From: an uncultured delta proteobacterium
GTDB taxonomy: Bacteria > Myxococcota_A > UBA9160 > SMWR01
Assembly (NCBI GenBank): GCA_963832165.1
Contig: CAWHTE010000004.1
Location: 224,001 to 288,000 of the forward strand
Reading direction: 5' to 3'
Length of the DNA stretch: 64,000 nt
Positions 53,149 to 63,343 of this stretch are shown here, in pieces. The notes beneath the pieces were generated by a model. That model made no database searches. It was not told where the DNA came from and saw only the letters and a list, made by a program, of their open reading frames with translations. Position 1 is the first letter of the stretch, and each line of letters begins with the position of its first letter. Made by a program: the position numbers and the translations under genes.

Positions 53149-56100
53149 TCACTTTCTCTGTTTCGCACACCGGGCCGCCTCTCGAGGCGGCCCGGTTCTT
53201 TTTGGGCGTCGCGCAGGGCGGCCTCTGCCCGACGGGGGCCGCGCGACCGCCAGCTCGGATCGCCGAGTCGCCGCAGCGTGTCGCTGCGCAGCCAATACAG
53301 CTCGGGATCGTCGGGCGTGGCGCGCGCCAGATGGCGCGCGCGGTTGAGGAGCGCGCGGCTCGACGCGCGGCTCGAGGTGCGGCGCGGGTCGAGCTCCTCG
53401 AGCAGGTCGGAGAGCGTCTTGAGCACGGTGAAGTGATCGCGGGCGGCCGCGGCCGCCTCGGCAAGCATCAAGATCGAGCCGGGGTCGGAGCGATTGCGCA
53501 GGTTCGCTTCCGCGAGCGCAACCGCATCCTGGATCAGCACCGGGTCGCGGGTCGCGAGCCGCCCTTGGATGCGCAGCCGCACGGCGTCGGCAGCGAGCGG
53601 ATGGTGTAGCGGGACCTGCCCGAGGGCCGATTCGAGGGCGCCCGTGGCCAGACTGCGCGGATCGCGTGCGCGCGCGCGCCAGCCGTCCGCGAGCGCGCGC
53701 TCGATCTCTGAGAGCGGGGGCGGGAGCACCTGCTCGGGATCGACGCCGTCCGCGATCCTCCCGGCTGACAGTCGGAGCATGGCGGCCCGCGCCTGCACAT
53801 GATTCGGATCGAGGCGGAGCGCTTCCTCGAGGTGGCGCCGCGAACCCACGCGCTTGCCGTCCTCGATCGCGGCGATCGCCTGGCCTACCGCCCGCTCTAC
53901 TGGATCGGAGAGCGCCGCGGCTACGCGCTCCGCCCGGGCGGCCGGGAGACGGCTGACGAGGTAGAAGACGTCGATTCCCGCCGGCAGCCGGTGCACGAGC
54001 GGATCGACCGGCGCGATCAGATCGTCGGCCTTCTGCACGAGCGCGGACTCACCGAGCCGATTGGCCCGACTTGCGAGCCGGTTGTGGCCATCCCGATTCA
54101 GCGGAGCGCCGCGCGCCAGCTCCGCGACTGCGGGCTCGTCCAGCAGCAGATTCACCGTGACATCCTCGGGAACGCGGATGCCGACCTCGCTGAAGGGCCC
54201 CGGGGCGGCGGCGAGGGCGCGCGCGGTGCTGGCCTCCATTTCGAATGGGGCGTTCGACGCGAGAAACAAGATCGACCCGCGCGGCGGCGGCGCATAGACG
54301 CGCACGTGCGGAAACACATCGACGAGCGTCGCGAGCATCGATCGGAACAGCGCTTCGTCGACGAATGGAAGGCCGATCCACTGCAGGAAAACGCCATCGG
54401 GAGCGAGGCGGCTGCGCACGAGAGCGAAGAATTCGCGCGTGTACAGGTGCGATGCACCGCCCGCCCAGGGATGCGAAGGCTGCGAGACGATCACGTCGAA
54501 GCTCGCCCGTGCGAGGGAGAGGGCGTTGCGCGCATCGTTCAGGTGGATGTGGACTCGGGGGTCGGAGAGTGGATCGCGCCAGCGCTCTTTCGCGACGATG
54601 CGGTTCGCCTCGATCACCTCGGGCTCGAGCTCTACCACGTCGATCCGCTCGATCGACGGCGGAACCACCTCGAGCGCCATTCCGCCGCCGAATCCCACCA
54701 GGAGGAGCGAGCGTGCTTCGGGGCGCGCCACGAGCGGCAGCGCCGTGAGCCAGTGCGTCACCCGGTTCCGGGTAGAGGAGCTGTTGCGCGGCATTCCGGC
54801 CTCGGGCAGACCGTTGGTGCGCAGACTCCAGGCTGCGCGCTCATCGGTCACGAGAACCGTGGACGAACGGCCTACACCGAGATACGTGACCGGCCCCCAG
54901 GATCGCATGCCCCCCATCGAGCTCGCCCGCAGCATGTTCCAGGGCGTCGCGGGGGGTGCCACCGCGAGCGCGATGCCGCCGGCCGCGGCGATCGCAGCGA
55001 CGATCCGGCGCCGCGGTTCGAAGATCAGCGCTGCGGCACCCGCGAGGGCCAGGTTCAACGCCACAGCGACGATCAGCGCGCCTGCGAAGCCGAGACCCGG
55101 GATCAGCAAGAAGCCCGCGCAGATCGACCCTGCGATCGAGCCGACGGTATTCGCCGAATAGACGCGCGCGCTCGCGGGGCCGGCGGTATCGCTCCCGATC
55201 GCGAGCACGCGCACCGCGAACGGGTACGTGGCGCCGATACACAGCGCTGCCGGGAACAGCGTGACCGCACAGGCTCCGATGTGGGTCCAGATCACCGAGG
55301 ACCCGCGCACTCTCACCCATTCGGAGAACTCGGGGATCTGGTTCACGATCGCAAACGCAGCGATCGAGAAGCCCGCGATCCCGAGCTGAGCCAGGCCGAA
55401 TCCGAGCGCTGCGCGCGACCTCGAGCTCGCGAGGCGCGAGGCGATCGCGGCGCCGATCGCGATGCCCGCGAGGAAGCTCGCGAGCATGGTCGCGAACGCC
55501 TGAGCGCCGCTTCCGACGACGTGTCCGACCAGGCGGACCCACAGCACTTCGTAGGTGAACGACACGAAGCCCGAGACGCAGACCAGCGCGAGGATCCAAC
55601 GCGCGCGGCCGCCCGCAGTCGCCTCGTCCGCAGCATCTGCGGCTACGGGCGCGAGAGCGGGGGCGGTCCGCGCGAGCGCCCAGGCCGCGCCGAACACGAG
55701 CGCGTTCACACCGGCCGCGGCCGCGATCGTCGCGCGCAACCCGAGCGCGGGCAGCAGTACGAACGCGCCGGCGACCGTGCCCACCACGGCGCCCGCCGTG
55801 TTGACGGCGTAGAGCACGCCGATCCGGCGCCCGATCTCGCTCTCGGAGCGCACCGAATAGCGCACGAGCAGCGGCAGCGTCGCGCCCATCATGGCGGTCG
55901 GGATGAGCAGGATCAGGAACGAGCAGACCAGGTAGAAGAGCGCGGTGGTGAGCCCACCCGCGTCGGGCAGCACCTCCTGGCTGCCGAAGAGCGCGACGTA
56001 GAGCCAACGCGAAGCGGCGATGCCGATCGGCACGGCGAGCGCCGAGATCGCGATGCCGAGCTCGAGCAACCCATAGGCGAGCACGGGCCGCGCGAGCCTC

Positions 56101-56297
56101 GTGCCATAGCGACCCGCGAGCGCGGCACCCACCGCGAGCCCGCCCATGTAGGTCGCGAGCACCGTCGCGACGGCGAGCTCCGAGGTGCCGAACACGAACG
56201 CAAACTCGTGGGTCCAGGCGGTCTCGTAGATCAGCGCGGCGAGGCCGGACAGGAAGAAGCACAGGAGCAGGAGCGGAAACGACGGATCGCGGGACAT
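53145..56297 (-). CDS. Fused MFS-like/spermidine-synthase-like protein with C-terminal helical region
   Basis: Two repeats of FFLSG..AL.YE..W / MGAT.P / YA.NT.G. SAM-fold motifs LLVGFGGG, VVELEPEV, NDARN and DVIVSQPSHPW. Confidence 0.88.
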   Translation of the reverse strand: MSRDPSFPLLLLCFFLSGLAALIYETAWTHEFAFVFGTSELAVATVLATYMGGLAVGAALAGRYGTRLARPVLAYGLLELGIAISALAVPIGIAASRWLYVALFGSQEVLPDAGGLTTALFYLVCSFLILLIPTAMMGATLPLLVRYSVRSESEIGRRIGVLYAVNTAGAVVGTVAGAFVLLPALGLRATIAAAAGVNALVFGAAWALARTAPALAPVAADAADEATAGGRARWILALVCVSGFVSFTYEVLWVRLVGHVVGSGAQAFATMLASFLAGIAIGAAIASRLASSRSRAALGFGLAQLGIAGFSIAAFAIVNQIPEFSEWVRVRGSSVIWTHIGACAVTLFPAALCIGATYPFAVRVLAIGSDTAGPASARVYSANTVGSIAGSICAGFLLIPGLGFAGALIVAVALNLALAGAAALIFEPRRRIVAAIAAAGGIALAVAPPATPWNMLRASSMGGMRSWGPVTYLGVGRSSTVLVTDERAAWSLRTNGLPEAGMPRNSSSTRNRVTHWLTALPLVARPEARSLLLVGFGGGMALEVVPPSIERIDVVELEPEVIEANRIVAKERWRDPLSDPRVHIHLNDARNALSLARASFDVIVSQPSHPWAGGASHLYTREFFALVRSRLAPDGVFLQWIGLPFVDEALFRSMLATLVDVFPHVRVYAPPPRGSILFLASNAPFEMEASTARALAAAPGPFSEVGIRVPEDVTVNLLLDEPAVAELARGAPLNRDGHNRLASRANRLGESALVQKADDLIAPVDPLVHRLPAGIDVFYLVSRLPAARAERVAAALSDPVERAVGQAIAAIEDGKRVGSRRHLEEALRLDPNHVQARAAMLRLSAGRIADGVDPEQVLPPPLSEIERALADGWRARARDPRSLATGALESALGQVPLHHPLAADAVRLRIQGRLATRDPVLIQDAVALAEANLRNRSDPGSILMLAEAAAAARDHFTVLKTLSDLLEELDPRRTSSRASSRALLNRARHLARATPDDPELYWLRSDTLRRLGDPSWRSRGPRRAEAALRDAQKEPGRLERRPGVRNRESD
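53169..53203 (+). terminator. Rho-independent terminator
   Basis: ACCGGGCCGCCT-CTCG-AGGCGGCCCGGT followed by TCTTTTT. Confidence 0.85.
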
Positions 56298-56490
56298 GGG
56301 ATGGCGGCGCCTTGGGCTCGGTGGATTGGAGCGGGGCGCCCCATGGTTTCGGGCGGGAGCATATCAACGAGGCGGCGTTCCGGACCTGCGGAGCCGTGGC
56401 CGGACCGCCGCTCGGGGGCGGTTTCGATCTCGATCCGATTTCGGTTGGCGCGCCCTACCCACTATGCGAAGCTCGGCGCAACCGGAACCC

Positions 56491-56856
56491 ATGGGGTCGC
56501 AGATGGCGGTGGCAGCGGTCGGTGCGGCGAGATCCCGAGCGCGGCGCACCGCGCCGGCGCTGGTCGCGCTCGCGCTCGTACTCGCGCTCGGACCGCGTGT
56601 AGCCGGGGCTGCGGGCTTCTCGGAATCCGCGAGCGCCGCCGCGTCCGTGGGAGAGGACGCCTTCGACCTGATCGTGCTGCGGCCGACCGGCGCAGTGGCG
56701 CTGGCCCTGGGCTCGATCTTCTTCGCCGCGAGCGTGCCGTTCGTCGCGCCGGCGCCGGCGTTCAAGGGCTCGACCGAAGGGATCCAGGGCGCGTTTGACG
56801 TCTTCGTCCACCCGCCCTACGAGTACACCTTCCTGCGCGACCTCGGAGATTTCTGA
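56491..56856 (+). CDS. Small exported/membrane hypothetical protein
   Basis: Signal-like segment, then DLIVLRPTG...FVHPPYEYTFLRDLGDF. Start position is uncertain. Confidence 0.6.
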   Translation: MGSQMAVAAVGAARSRARRTAPALVALALVLALGPRVAGAAGFSESASAAASVGEDAFDLIVLRPTGAVALALGSIFFAASVPFVAPAPAFKGSTEGIQGAFDVFVHPPYEYTFLRDLGDF

Positions 56857-56864
56857 GCGGAGCG

Positions 56865-58349
56865 TCAGCGGAGCGCGGCGCGCGCGTCGATCCGCTGCAT
56901 CAGCGCGAGGGCGTCCTCGAGCTCCGACTCGCTGCGCGCACGCGCGCGCAGGATCTCCGCTTCTCGGCGCGCTGAGTCGCGATCTTCGCGCGCGAGCGCG
57001 ATCTCCAGGGCGAGCCGGCCCAGCGCGGCGTCGCCGGGGAGCCGTGCGCGCGCGGCGTTCAGGTGCTCCATTGCGGACGCGGGATCCTCGCCTTCGAGCA
57101 GGTAGGTGGCGGCCAGACCCGAGTGGGCCTCGGGCAGGTCTGCGTCGAGCGCGAGGCTGCGGTCGTAGTGCTGCCGCGCGCGGGCGATCAGCGCCTCGCG
57201 CTTTGCCGGGTCGGCCGTATCGGCGGCCCGTTCGCGCACGAGGTTCGCATAGCGCAGGTGGATCAGCGCTTCGTCGGGTGCGGCCGCGAGCGCGGCCTCG
57301 TAGCGAGCATCGGCGCCCGCGCGATCGCCCGCCGCTTCGGAGAGCTCGCCGAGACCCGCGAGCGTGAGCGCCGAGGTCGCGTTGCCCTCGAACGCCTTCT
57401 CGAGATACTTCGAGGCCTGCTCCTGGTTTCCGATCGCGAGCGCGAGCTCCCCGAGCTCCTCGAACACGGTCTGCTTGGAGATCGTGCGCGTCACGGTCGC
57501 GGGGCCCCTCCACGGAATCCGCACCGAGAGCGTGGGGAACGTGCGCGCGGTGACGTACTGGTAGACGTTTCGTTGCACGTCTGCGGGCTCGCCGATCGTG
57601 ATCCGCGCGGCGACCTCGGGCGGCGTGCCGTGGCGGAGCTCGGCGCGGAAACGGGTCAGCAGCTCGTCGCGATGGGGTTGATTCGCCGTCTGGACCACGA
57701 GGAAATGGCAGAGCGCCCAGAATTCCGCCTCGACGACCGGGCGCTCGAGTCGCGACCATCCATTCAGATCGGACGTGGCGAACAGTCGCTCGAACGGAAC
57801 CCAGCCGCTGTTGCGCAGCGCGCGCACGTGGTCCTTCCGCATCTGGCCCACGGTCGCGCGATCGCTGCTCGTATCGGCGGTGCTCAAGAGCTGCGGCATC
57901 CCTTCCTCGAGCCACGCCGGATGGGGCTCCCGCGATGCGTTCCAGAACAGCCGCCGCGCGTACGCGGCCTTGAGCGAGATGCGCGCGTCGTCCTCCCACC
58001 CGCCGCCCGTGCGCAGCACGATCACGTCCCCGCGCTGGCGCGGCAGGAGATAGCTGCGCTGATCGAGATAGGCGTACGGTCGACCGACCGAGCGATCGTC
58101 GAACGCGTAGACGCGCGTGCGGGCCGGCTCGGGGGAGAGCGCCATCCCCCAGGTGAATTCTGCAGCGGCGCGGAAGCGCTCCATCTCGGCCGCGAGCTGC
58201 GCGGTGTCGTCTTCGGTGAGGGAGCTCCAGATGTCGAAATGGGGCGTCTCGATCCGCATCCAGTCGCGGCTCTCGAGCGGCGTGGTGATGCAGCCCGCGA
58301 GCACGAGCGACAAGGAGAGCGCGAGGCCCAGGAACGCGCGTTGGGTCAT
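56865..58349 (-). CDS. Lipoprotein with DUF1570/gluzincin-like domain and TPR repeats
   Basis: Lipobox LAG-C, W..IETPHF, PAWLEEG, FWALCHFL and C-terminal TPRs. Confidence 0.7.
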   Translation of the reverse strand: MTQRAFLGLALSLSLVLAGCITTPLESRDWMRIETPHFDIWSSLTEDDTAQLAAEMERFRAAAEFTWGMALSPEPARTRVYAFDDRSVGRPYAYLDQRSYLLPRQRGDVIVLRTGGGWEDDARISLKAAYARRLFWNASREPHPAWLEEGMPQLLSTADTSSDRATVGQMRKDHVRALRNSGWVPFERLFATSDLNGWSRLERPVVEAEFWALCHFLVVQTANQPHRDELLTRFRAELRHGTPPEVAARITIGEPADVQRNVYQYVTARTFPTLSVRIPWRGPATVTRTISKQTVFEELGELALAIGNQEQASKYLEKAFEGNATSALTLAGLGELSEAAGDRAGADARYEAALAAAPDEALIHLRYANLVRERAADTADPAKREALIARARQHYDRSLALDADLPEAHSGLAATYLLEGEDPASAMEHLNAARARLPGDAALGRLALEIALAREDRDSARREAEILRARARSESELEDALALMQRIDARAALR

Positions 58350-59599
58350 AGCCGGTCCACCACGAGTCTACCCCCCTTGGCCACGGCCCGGATCTTGTCG
58401 GGATCGCGCAGCACCGCGATGTCGATGCTCGGATCGCCGTCCACGATCACGAGATCGGCGAGCCGGCCCGGGGCGATCGCGCCGAGCTCGTCGCCGCGCC
58501 CCATCGCTTCGGCACCGTGGCGCGTCGCCCAGCGCAGCACGTCGAGTGGCGCGATGCCGATGTCCTTCACGTAGAACTCGAGCTCCGCCGCATAGCTGCC
58601 GTGGGGGAGCATCAGCACTCCGTAGTCGTCGCCCGTGAGCAGACGCACGCCCGCGGCGTTCGCCTTGGCCACCATCTCGCACGCGCCGTCGAACTCCCGG
58701 CGCATGCCTTCGAGCTGCTCCGGCGTCGCGATCGGCACGTCGCCGCGGTAGTCGAGCAGCAGCTTGATCAGGAACAGGCTCGGACACAGGAACGTGCGGT
58801 GCTCGAGCATCGCGTCGATGCACTCGGCGTCGGCCGCGTCGCCGTGATCGATGATGTCGACGCCCTCGCGCACGCATTCGAGGATCAGGTCGCGCCATGC
58901 GCAGTGGGCGCGCACGCGCACTCCGCGCTGGTGGGCCGCCGCGACGATCGCGCGCAGCTCGTCGGTCGCGAATCCGCGCGTGCTGGCGTCCTCGGCCACG
59001 CCGTGGCCGCCGCTCGCAAAGATCTTGATCATGCGCACGCCGCGCTTGATCTCCTCGCGCACCGCCTTGCGGAACTCGTCGGGGCCGTCGCAGAACCGCT
59101 GCGCACCGAGGTTGCCGAGCCGCCACCAGTACTTGCCCGTGTCGTTGTAGTCGCCCGTCGTGTCGAGCGCGAGGCCGCCCGGCACGAGCCGCGGACCTTC
59201 GACCACGCCTTCTTCGATCGCGAGCGCGAGCTCGGCATCGACGTTGTCGTTGACGACACCTGCCGACACGATGCCCGTGAACCCCGCATGGAGCGCGCGC
59301 CGCGCGTTCTCGGCCGCCACGAGCATCAGGTAGCCGGGCGGTTTCTCGATCCCGAGCGGCTCGGGCATGATCGTGATGTCGCGATAGGTCGAGTGGTAGT
59401 GCGAGAGGATCAGGCCCGGCAGGAGCGTGCGCCCGGCGAGGTCGACCACGCGATCGCTCCCGCCCGTAGCCGGCATCGGCGCGCCGCCGGGGCCCGAGAC
59501 GGCGCCGATGCGATCGCCCTCCACGACCACGGTCGAGCCCGCGCGCGCGGGCCGTTCGCCGTCGAGCAGGTTCGCATTGCGGAAGATCGTGCGGTTCAT
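58346..59599 (-). CDS. Metal-dependent amidohydrolase family protein
   Basis: Motifs DLAGRTLLPGLILSHYH, IKIFASGG, VRAHC, IDHG and GAIAPGRLADLVIVDGDP. Confidence 0.92.
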   Translation of the reverse strand: MNRTIFRNANLLDGERPARAGSTVVVEGDRIGAVSGPGGAPMPATGGSDRVVDLAGRTLLPGLILSHYHSTYRDITIMPEPLGIEKPPGYLMLVAAENARRALHAGFTGIVSAGVVNDNVDAELALAIEEGVVEGPRLVPGGLALDTTGDYNDTGKYWWRLGNLGAQRFCDGPDEFRKAVREEIKRGVRMIKIFASGGHGVAEDASTRGFATDELRAIVAAAHQRGVRVRAHCAWRDLILECVREGVDIIDHGDAADAECIDAMLEHRTFLCPSLFLIKLLLDYRGDVPIATPEQLEGMRREFDGACEMVAKANAAGVRLLTGDDYGVLMLPHGSYAAELEFYVKDIGIAPLDVLRWATRHGAEAMGRGDELGAIAPGRLADLVIVDGDPSIDIAVLRDPDKIRAVAKGGRLVVDRL

Positions 59600-62500
59600 G
59601 CGCGGCCCGGCGCCTCGCTGTGCAGGCGGAACGCGGCGAGGAGCTCCTGCTCCTTCGCGCGGACCTTCTCGATGTGGTGCTCGCGCACCTGCTCGAAGCC
59701 GCGCACGTGCTCGGGCAGGCTCGCGATCTCGACCGCGATGTCGAGGTTACGCGGGTCGAGGCTCTCGAGCAGCCGGTCGACGGTGGCCTCGTAGTCGCGG
59801 CACAGCTTCTGCTCGAGCCGGCGATGCGCGGTGAGGCCGAACACGTTCAGCGGGGTGCTCCGCAGGAACTTGAACTTCGCCATCACCGAGAGCAGAGGAA
59901 GGAACCAGCTCGCCGGGATCCGCCATTTCTTCATGCGCCCGGTGTCGGGATCGCGGCGCTCGGTGAGCCAGTCGATCACGGGGATCGAGAACGGCGGGGC
60001 GAAGTGCACGTAGAGCCGGTAGTCGCCCTGGAACTCGGCTTCGAGCTGGCGCTGGAACGAGCCGTCGGTGTAGAGGCGCGCCACCTCGAACTCGTCCTTG
60101 ATCGCGAGCAGCTTGAAGTAGTAGCGGGCCACCGCGGACGCGAGTCGCGTCGAGCCCGGAGCGACCTTCTGCTCGAGCGCCGCCACGCGCTCGACGCGCG
60201 CGCGATAGGCCTCGGCAAAGCGCGCGTTCTGGTAGTCGGTCAGGAACGCGACGCGGCGCGCGACGATTGCGTCGAGGTCGTCTGCGACGCCCGCGAGCTG
60301 CGAATCGCGCACGGCCGGGCGCGCCGCGGCCTCGACCGCGGACGGGTCGTGCGCTGCGAGCCGGCCCCACGCGAACGCGCGCAGGTTCGCCCCGACCGCG
60401 CGTGCGTTGAGCGCAAACGCGCGCTCGAGCGCTGCGCGTCCGACGGGGAGCAGGCCTTTCTGGTAGGCGAAGCCCATCAGGAACGGATTGGTGAAGATCG
60501 CGTCGCCGCAGAGCGCCGTGGCGAGCCGTGTCGCGGCGACGAAGTCGCACGCGCGCGCCCCGCTGCGAATCGCATCCTCCATGTGCCGGCTCGACAGGTC
60601 GAGGTCGGGGTTGGTCGCGAACTCCGAGGTCGGAGCGACGTGGCTGTTCACGATCGCCGCGGTCCGACTCGCGGCGAGCTTCGCGAGGCTGTCGGCGCTC
60701 GTGGTCACGACGATGTCGCAACCGATCACGAGATCGGCGGAGCCCGCGGCGATCCGCGTCGCCGCGATCGACTCGGGGCGCGCGGCGATGCGCACGTGGC
60801 TCGTGACGGGGCCGTTCTTCTGCGCGAGACCGGTCACGTCGAGCACCGAGCAGCCCTTGCCCTCGAGGTGCGCGGCCATCCCGAGCAGCGCGCCCACCGT
60901 GATCACGCCCGAGCCGCCGATCCCGGTCACGAGCACGTTCCAGGGCTGCTCGAGATCGAGCGGGGAGGGCTCGGGCAGCGCCGCAAAGCGCGCGTCGTCG
61001 GTGCTGACCCCCTCCGACGCGGCCACGCGGACCTTGCCGCCCTCGACGGTCACGAAGCTCGGGCAGTGGCCCTTCAGGCACGAGAAGTCCTTGTTGCAGC
61101 TCGACTGGTTGATCCGCCGCTTGCGGCCGAACTCGGTCTCGATCGGCTCGATCGAGATGCAGTTCGATTGCACGCTGCAATCGCCGCAGCCCTCGCACAC
61201 GAGCTCGTTGATCACCACGCGCCGGTCGGGATCCGGGAACTCGCCGCGCTTGCGGAGTCGGCGCGCCTCGGCGGCGCAGGTCTGGTCGTAGATCAGCGCC
61301 GAGACACCGGGCGCTTCACGCAGGTCGCGCTGCACGCGGTCGAGCTGGTCGCGGTGGTGGACCGTGACGCCCGGCGGCAGCGCGATTCCCGCGAACTTCG
61401 CAGGCTCGTTCGACGCGATCGCGATCCGGCGCACGCCCTCGGCGGCGAGCTGCTGCGCGATCTCGGGCACCGTGACCTCGCCCTCCATGCGCTCGCCTTC
61501 GATCGGCTGCCCGCCCGTCATCGCGACCGCGCCGTTGGCGAGGATCTTGTAGGTGATGTGGACGCCCGCAGTGACCGCGGCGCGAATCGCGAGCAGTCCG
61601 CTGTGGAAGTAGGTGCCGTCGCCGAGGTTCTGGAAGATGTGACCCGTTTCGGTGTAGGGCGCGGAGCCGATCCAGTTGGCGCCTTCGCCGCCCATGTGGG
61701 TGACCGCGAGGGTGGGGCGGTCGGGCAGCCACACGGCCATCCCGTGACAGCCGATTCCGCCCTGCGCGAGGCTGCCCTCGGGCACGACCGTCGAGGTGTT
61801 GTGCGGGCAACCGGAGCAGAACGCGGGCAGTCGCAGCGGGCCTGCGGCGGCCGGCAGCACAGCCGGCGCCGCAGCCGGGCGCAGGCGTGGCCCGATCTCG
61901 GGCGCCGCGCGCGTGAGCCAGCTCCGCAGCAACCCGACCACGTCGCCGGGCGTGAGCTCTCCCACGTTGGGAACGCAGGCCGCGCCCTCCGCGTCGAGCT
62001 TTCCCGTGAGTCGCGGGCGCTCCGCGCTGTTGAAGAGCAGGCGTGCGAGCTGCTCCTCGATCACGGGCCGCTTCTCCTCGATCACGATCAGGTGCTCGAG
62101 TCCGCGCGCGAACGCGCGGATGCCCTCGGGCTCGAGCGGCCACGAGAGCGCCACCTTGTAGATCTCGAGACCGAACGCGGCCGCGGTCGCGGCGTCGATG
62201 CCGAGCTCGTCGAGCGCCTGGCGCACGTCGAGATACGCCTTGCCCGTGGTCACGATGCCGAGCCGTCGGCGCGCGCCACCACCCAGGAAGACGCGATCGA
62301 GGCGGTTCGCGCGCACGAACGCCTGCACGGCGGGAAGGCGCTGCTCGAACAGCCGCCGCTCGACCTGGATCGGCAGGTTCGACCAGCCGATGTGGAGGCC
62401 CGGAGGCCGCACGAAATCGCCGGGTTCCACGACGGTGACGCGCTCGGGCGAAACCTCCACCGAACCCGCGCTCTCGACGGTGTCGGTCAGACACTTGAAG

Positions 62501-63111
62501 CCGACCCAGCAGCCCGAATAACGCGAGAGCGCGAACCCGTACAGACCGAGATCGAGGTAGTCCTGCACGCTCGACGGGTTCAGGATCGGGATGCCGCAGT
62601 GGATCAGCGCCTGCTCGCTCTGGTGCGCGATCGACGACGATTTCGCGCCGGGATCGTCGCCTGCGAGCGCGAGCACGCCGCCGTTCGGCGCGGTGCCCGC
62701 GTAGTTCGCGTGCTTGAGCGCGTCGCACGAGCGGTCGACGCCGGGCCCCTTGCCGTACCAGATGCCGAACACGCCGTCGTGCTTCGCGCCCGGGTACAGG
62801 CCCGCTTGCTGCGAGCCCCACACCGCGGTCGCCGCGAGGTCTTCGTTCACGCCGGGCTCGAACCGGACGCCGTGCTCGTCGAGCAGCGCACGCGCCTGCC
62901 ACAGCGCCATGTCGTAGGTGCCCAGCGGCGAGCCGCGATAGCCCGAGATGAATCCGCGCGTGTCGAGCCCCGCCGCGAGATCGCGCTGGCGCTGCAGCAT
63001 CGGCAGCCGTACGAGCGCCTGCACGCCGCTCAGATACACGCGTCCGCGGGCTCGCCGATAGCGGTCGTCCAGCTCGTATTCTCGGTCGAAATCGACCGCG
63101 GGATCAGTCAC
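59596..63111 (-). CDS. Fused indolepyruvate ferredoxin oxidoreductase family protein
   Basis: Motifs ISGYRGSPLG, WYGKGPGVDR, FCSGCPHN, GDGTYFHSG, ferredoxin CEGCGDC...CLKGHCP, GLAQKNG and KDEFEVARL. Confidence 0.95.
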   Translation of the reverse strand: MTDPAVDFDREYELDDRYRRARGRVYLSGVQALVRLPMLQRQRDLAAGLDTRGFISGYRGSPLGTYDMALWQARALLDEHGVRFEPGVNEDLAATAVWGSQQAGLYPGAKHDGVFGIWYGKGPGVDRSCDALKHANYAGTAPNGGVLALAGDDPGAKSSSIAHQSEQALIHCGIPILNPSSVQDYLDLGLYGFALSRYSGCWVGFKCLTDTVESAGSVEVSPERVTVVEPGDFVRPPGLHIGWSNLPIQVERRLFEQRLPAVQAFVRANRLDRVFLGGGARRRLGIVTTGKAYLDVRQALDELGIDAATAAAFGLEIYKVALSWPLEPEGIRAFARGLEHLIVIEEKRPVIEEQLARLLFNSAERPRLTGKLDAEGAACVPNVGELTPGDVVGLLRSWLTRAAPEIGPRLRPAAAPAVLPAAAGPLRLPAFCSGCPHNTSTVVPEGSLAQGGIGCHGMAVWLPDRPTLAVTHMGGEGANWIGSAPYTETGHIFQNLGDGTYFHSGLLAIRAAVTAGVHITYKILANGAVAMTGGQPIEGERMEGEVTVPEIAQQLAAEGVRRIAIASNEPAKFAGIALPPGVTVHHRDQLDRVQRDLREAPGVSALIYDQTCAAEARRLRKRGEFPDPDRRVVINELVCEGCGDCSVQSNCISIEPIETEFGRKRRINQSSCNKDFSCLKGHCPSFVTVEGGKVRVAASEGVSTDDARFAALPEPSPLDLEQPWNVLVTGIGGSGVITVGALLGMAAHLEGKGCSVLDVTGLAQKNGPVTSHVRIAARPESIAATRIAAGSADLVIGCDIVVTTSADSLAKLAASRTAAIVNSHVAPTSEFATNPDLDLSSRHMEDAIRSGARACDFVAATRLATALCGDAIFTNPFLMGFAYQKGLLPVGRAALERAFALNARAVGANLRAFAWGRLAAHDPSAVEAAARPAVRDSQLAGVADDLDAIVARRVAFLTDYQNARFAEAYRARVERVAALEQKVAPGSTRLASAVARYYFKLLAIKDEFEVARLYTDGSFQRQLEAEFQGDYRLYVHFAPPFSIPVIDWLTERRDPDTGRMKKWRIPASWFLPLLSVMAKFKFLRSTPLNVFGLTAHRRLEQKLCRDYEATVDRLLESLDPRNLDIAVEIASLPEHVRGFEQVREHHIEKVRAKEQELLAAFRLHSEAPGRA

Positions 63112-63343
63112 TTGAAGGCAAACCTCTCGATTCCCCCCCGAGCTGGGCCTGACTCCCGGAGGGAGGTGCGCGCGCCAAGCCTATCTCATATGGCGGCGGG
63201 ACCGACATGGCCCGCGTGCCGCGTGCCGGGCGCTCGGCGCGCACTGACCGATCCCGTCTTTTGGTCAGCGATTTACTTTGCGCGCCTGCGGTTGCGAGGT
63301 GAACTTGCAAATCACCCGGACTCCGAGCCGGATCGGGTCGCTG

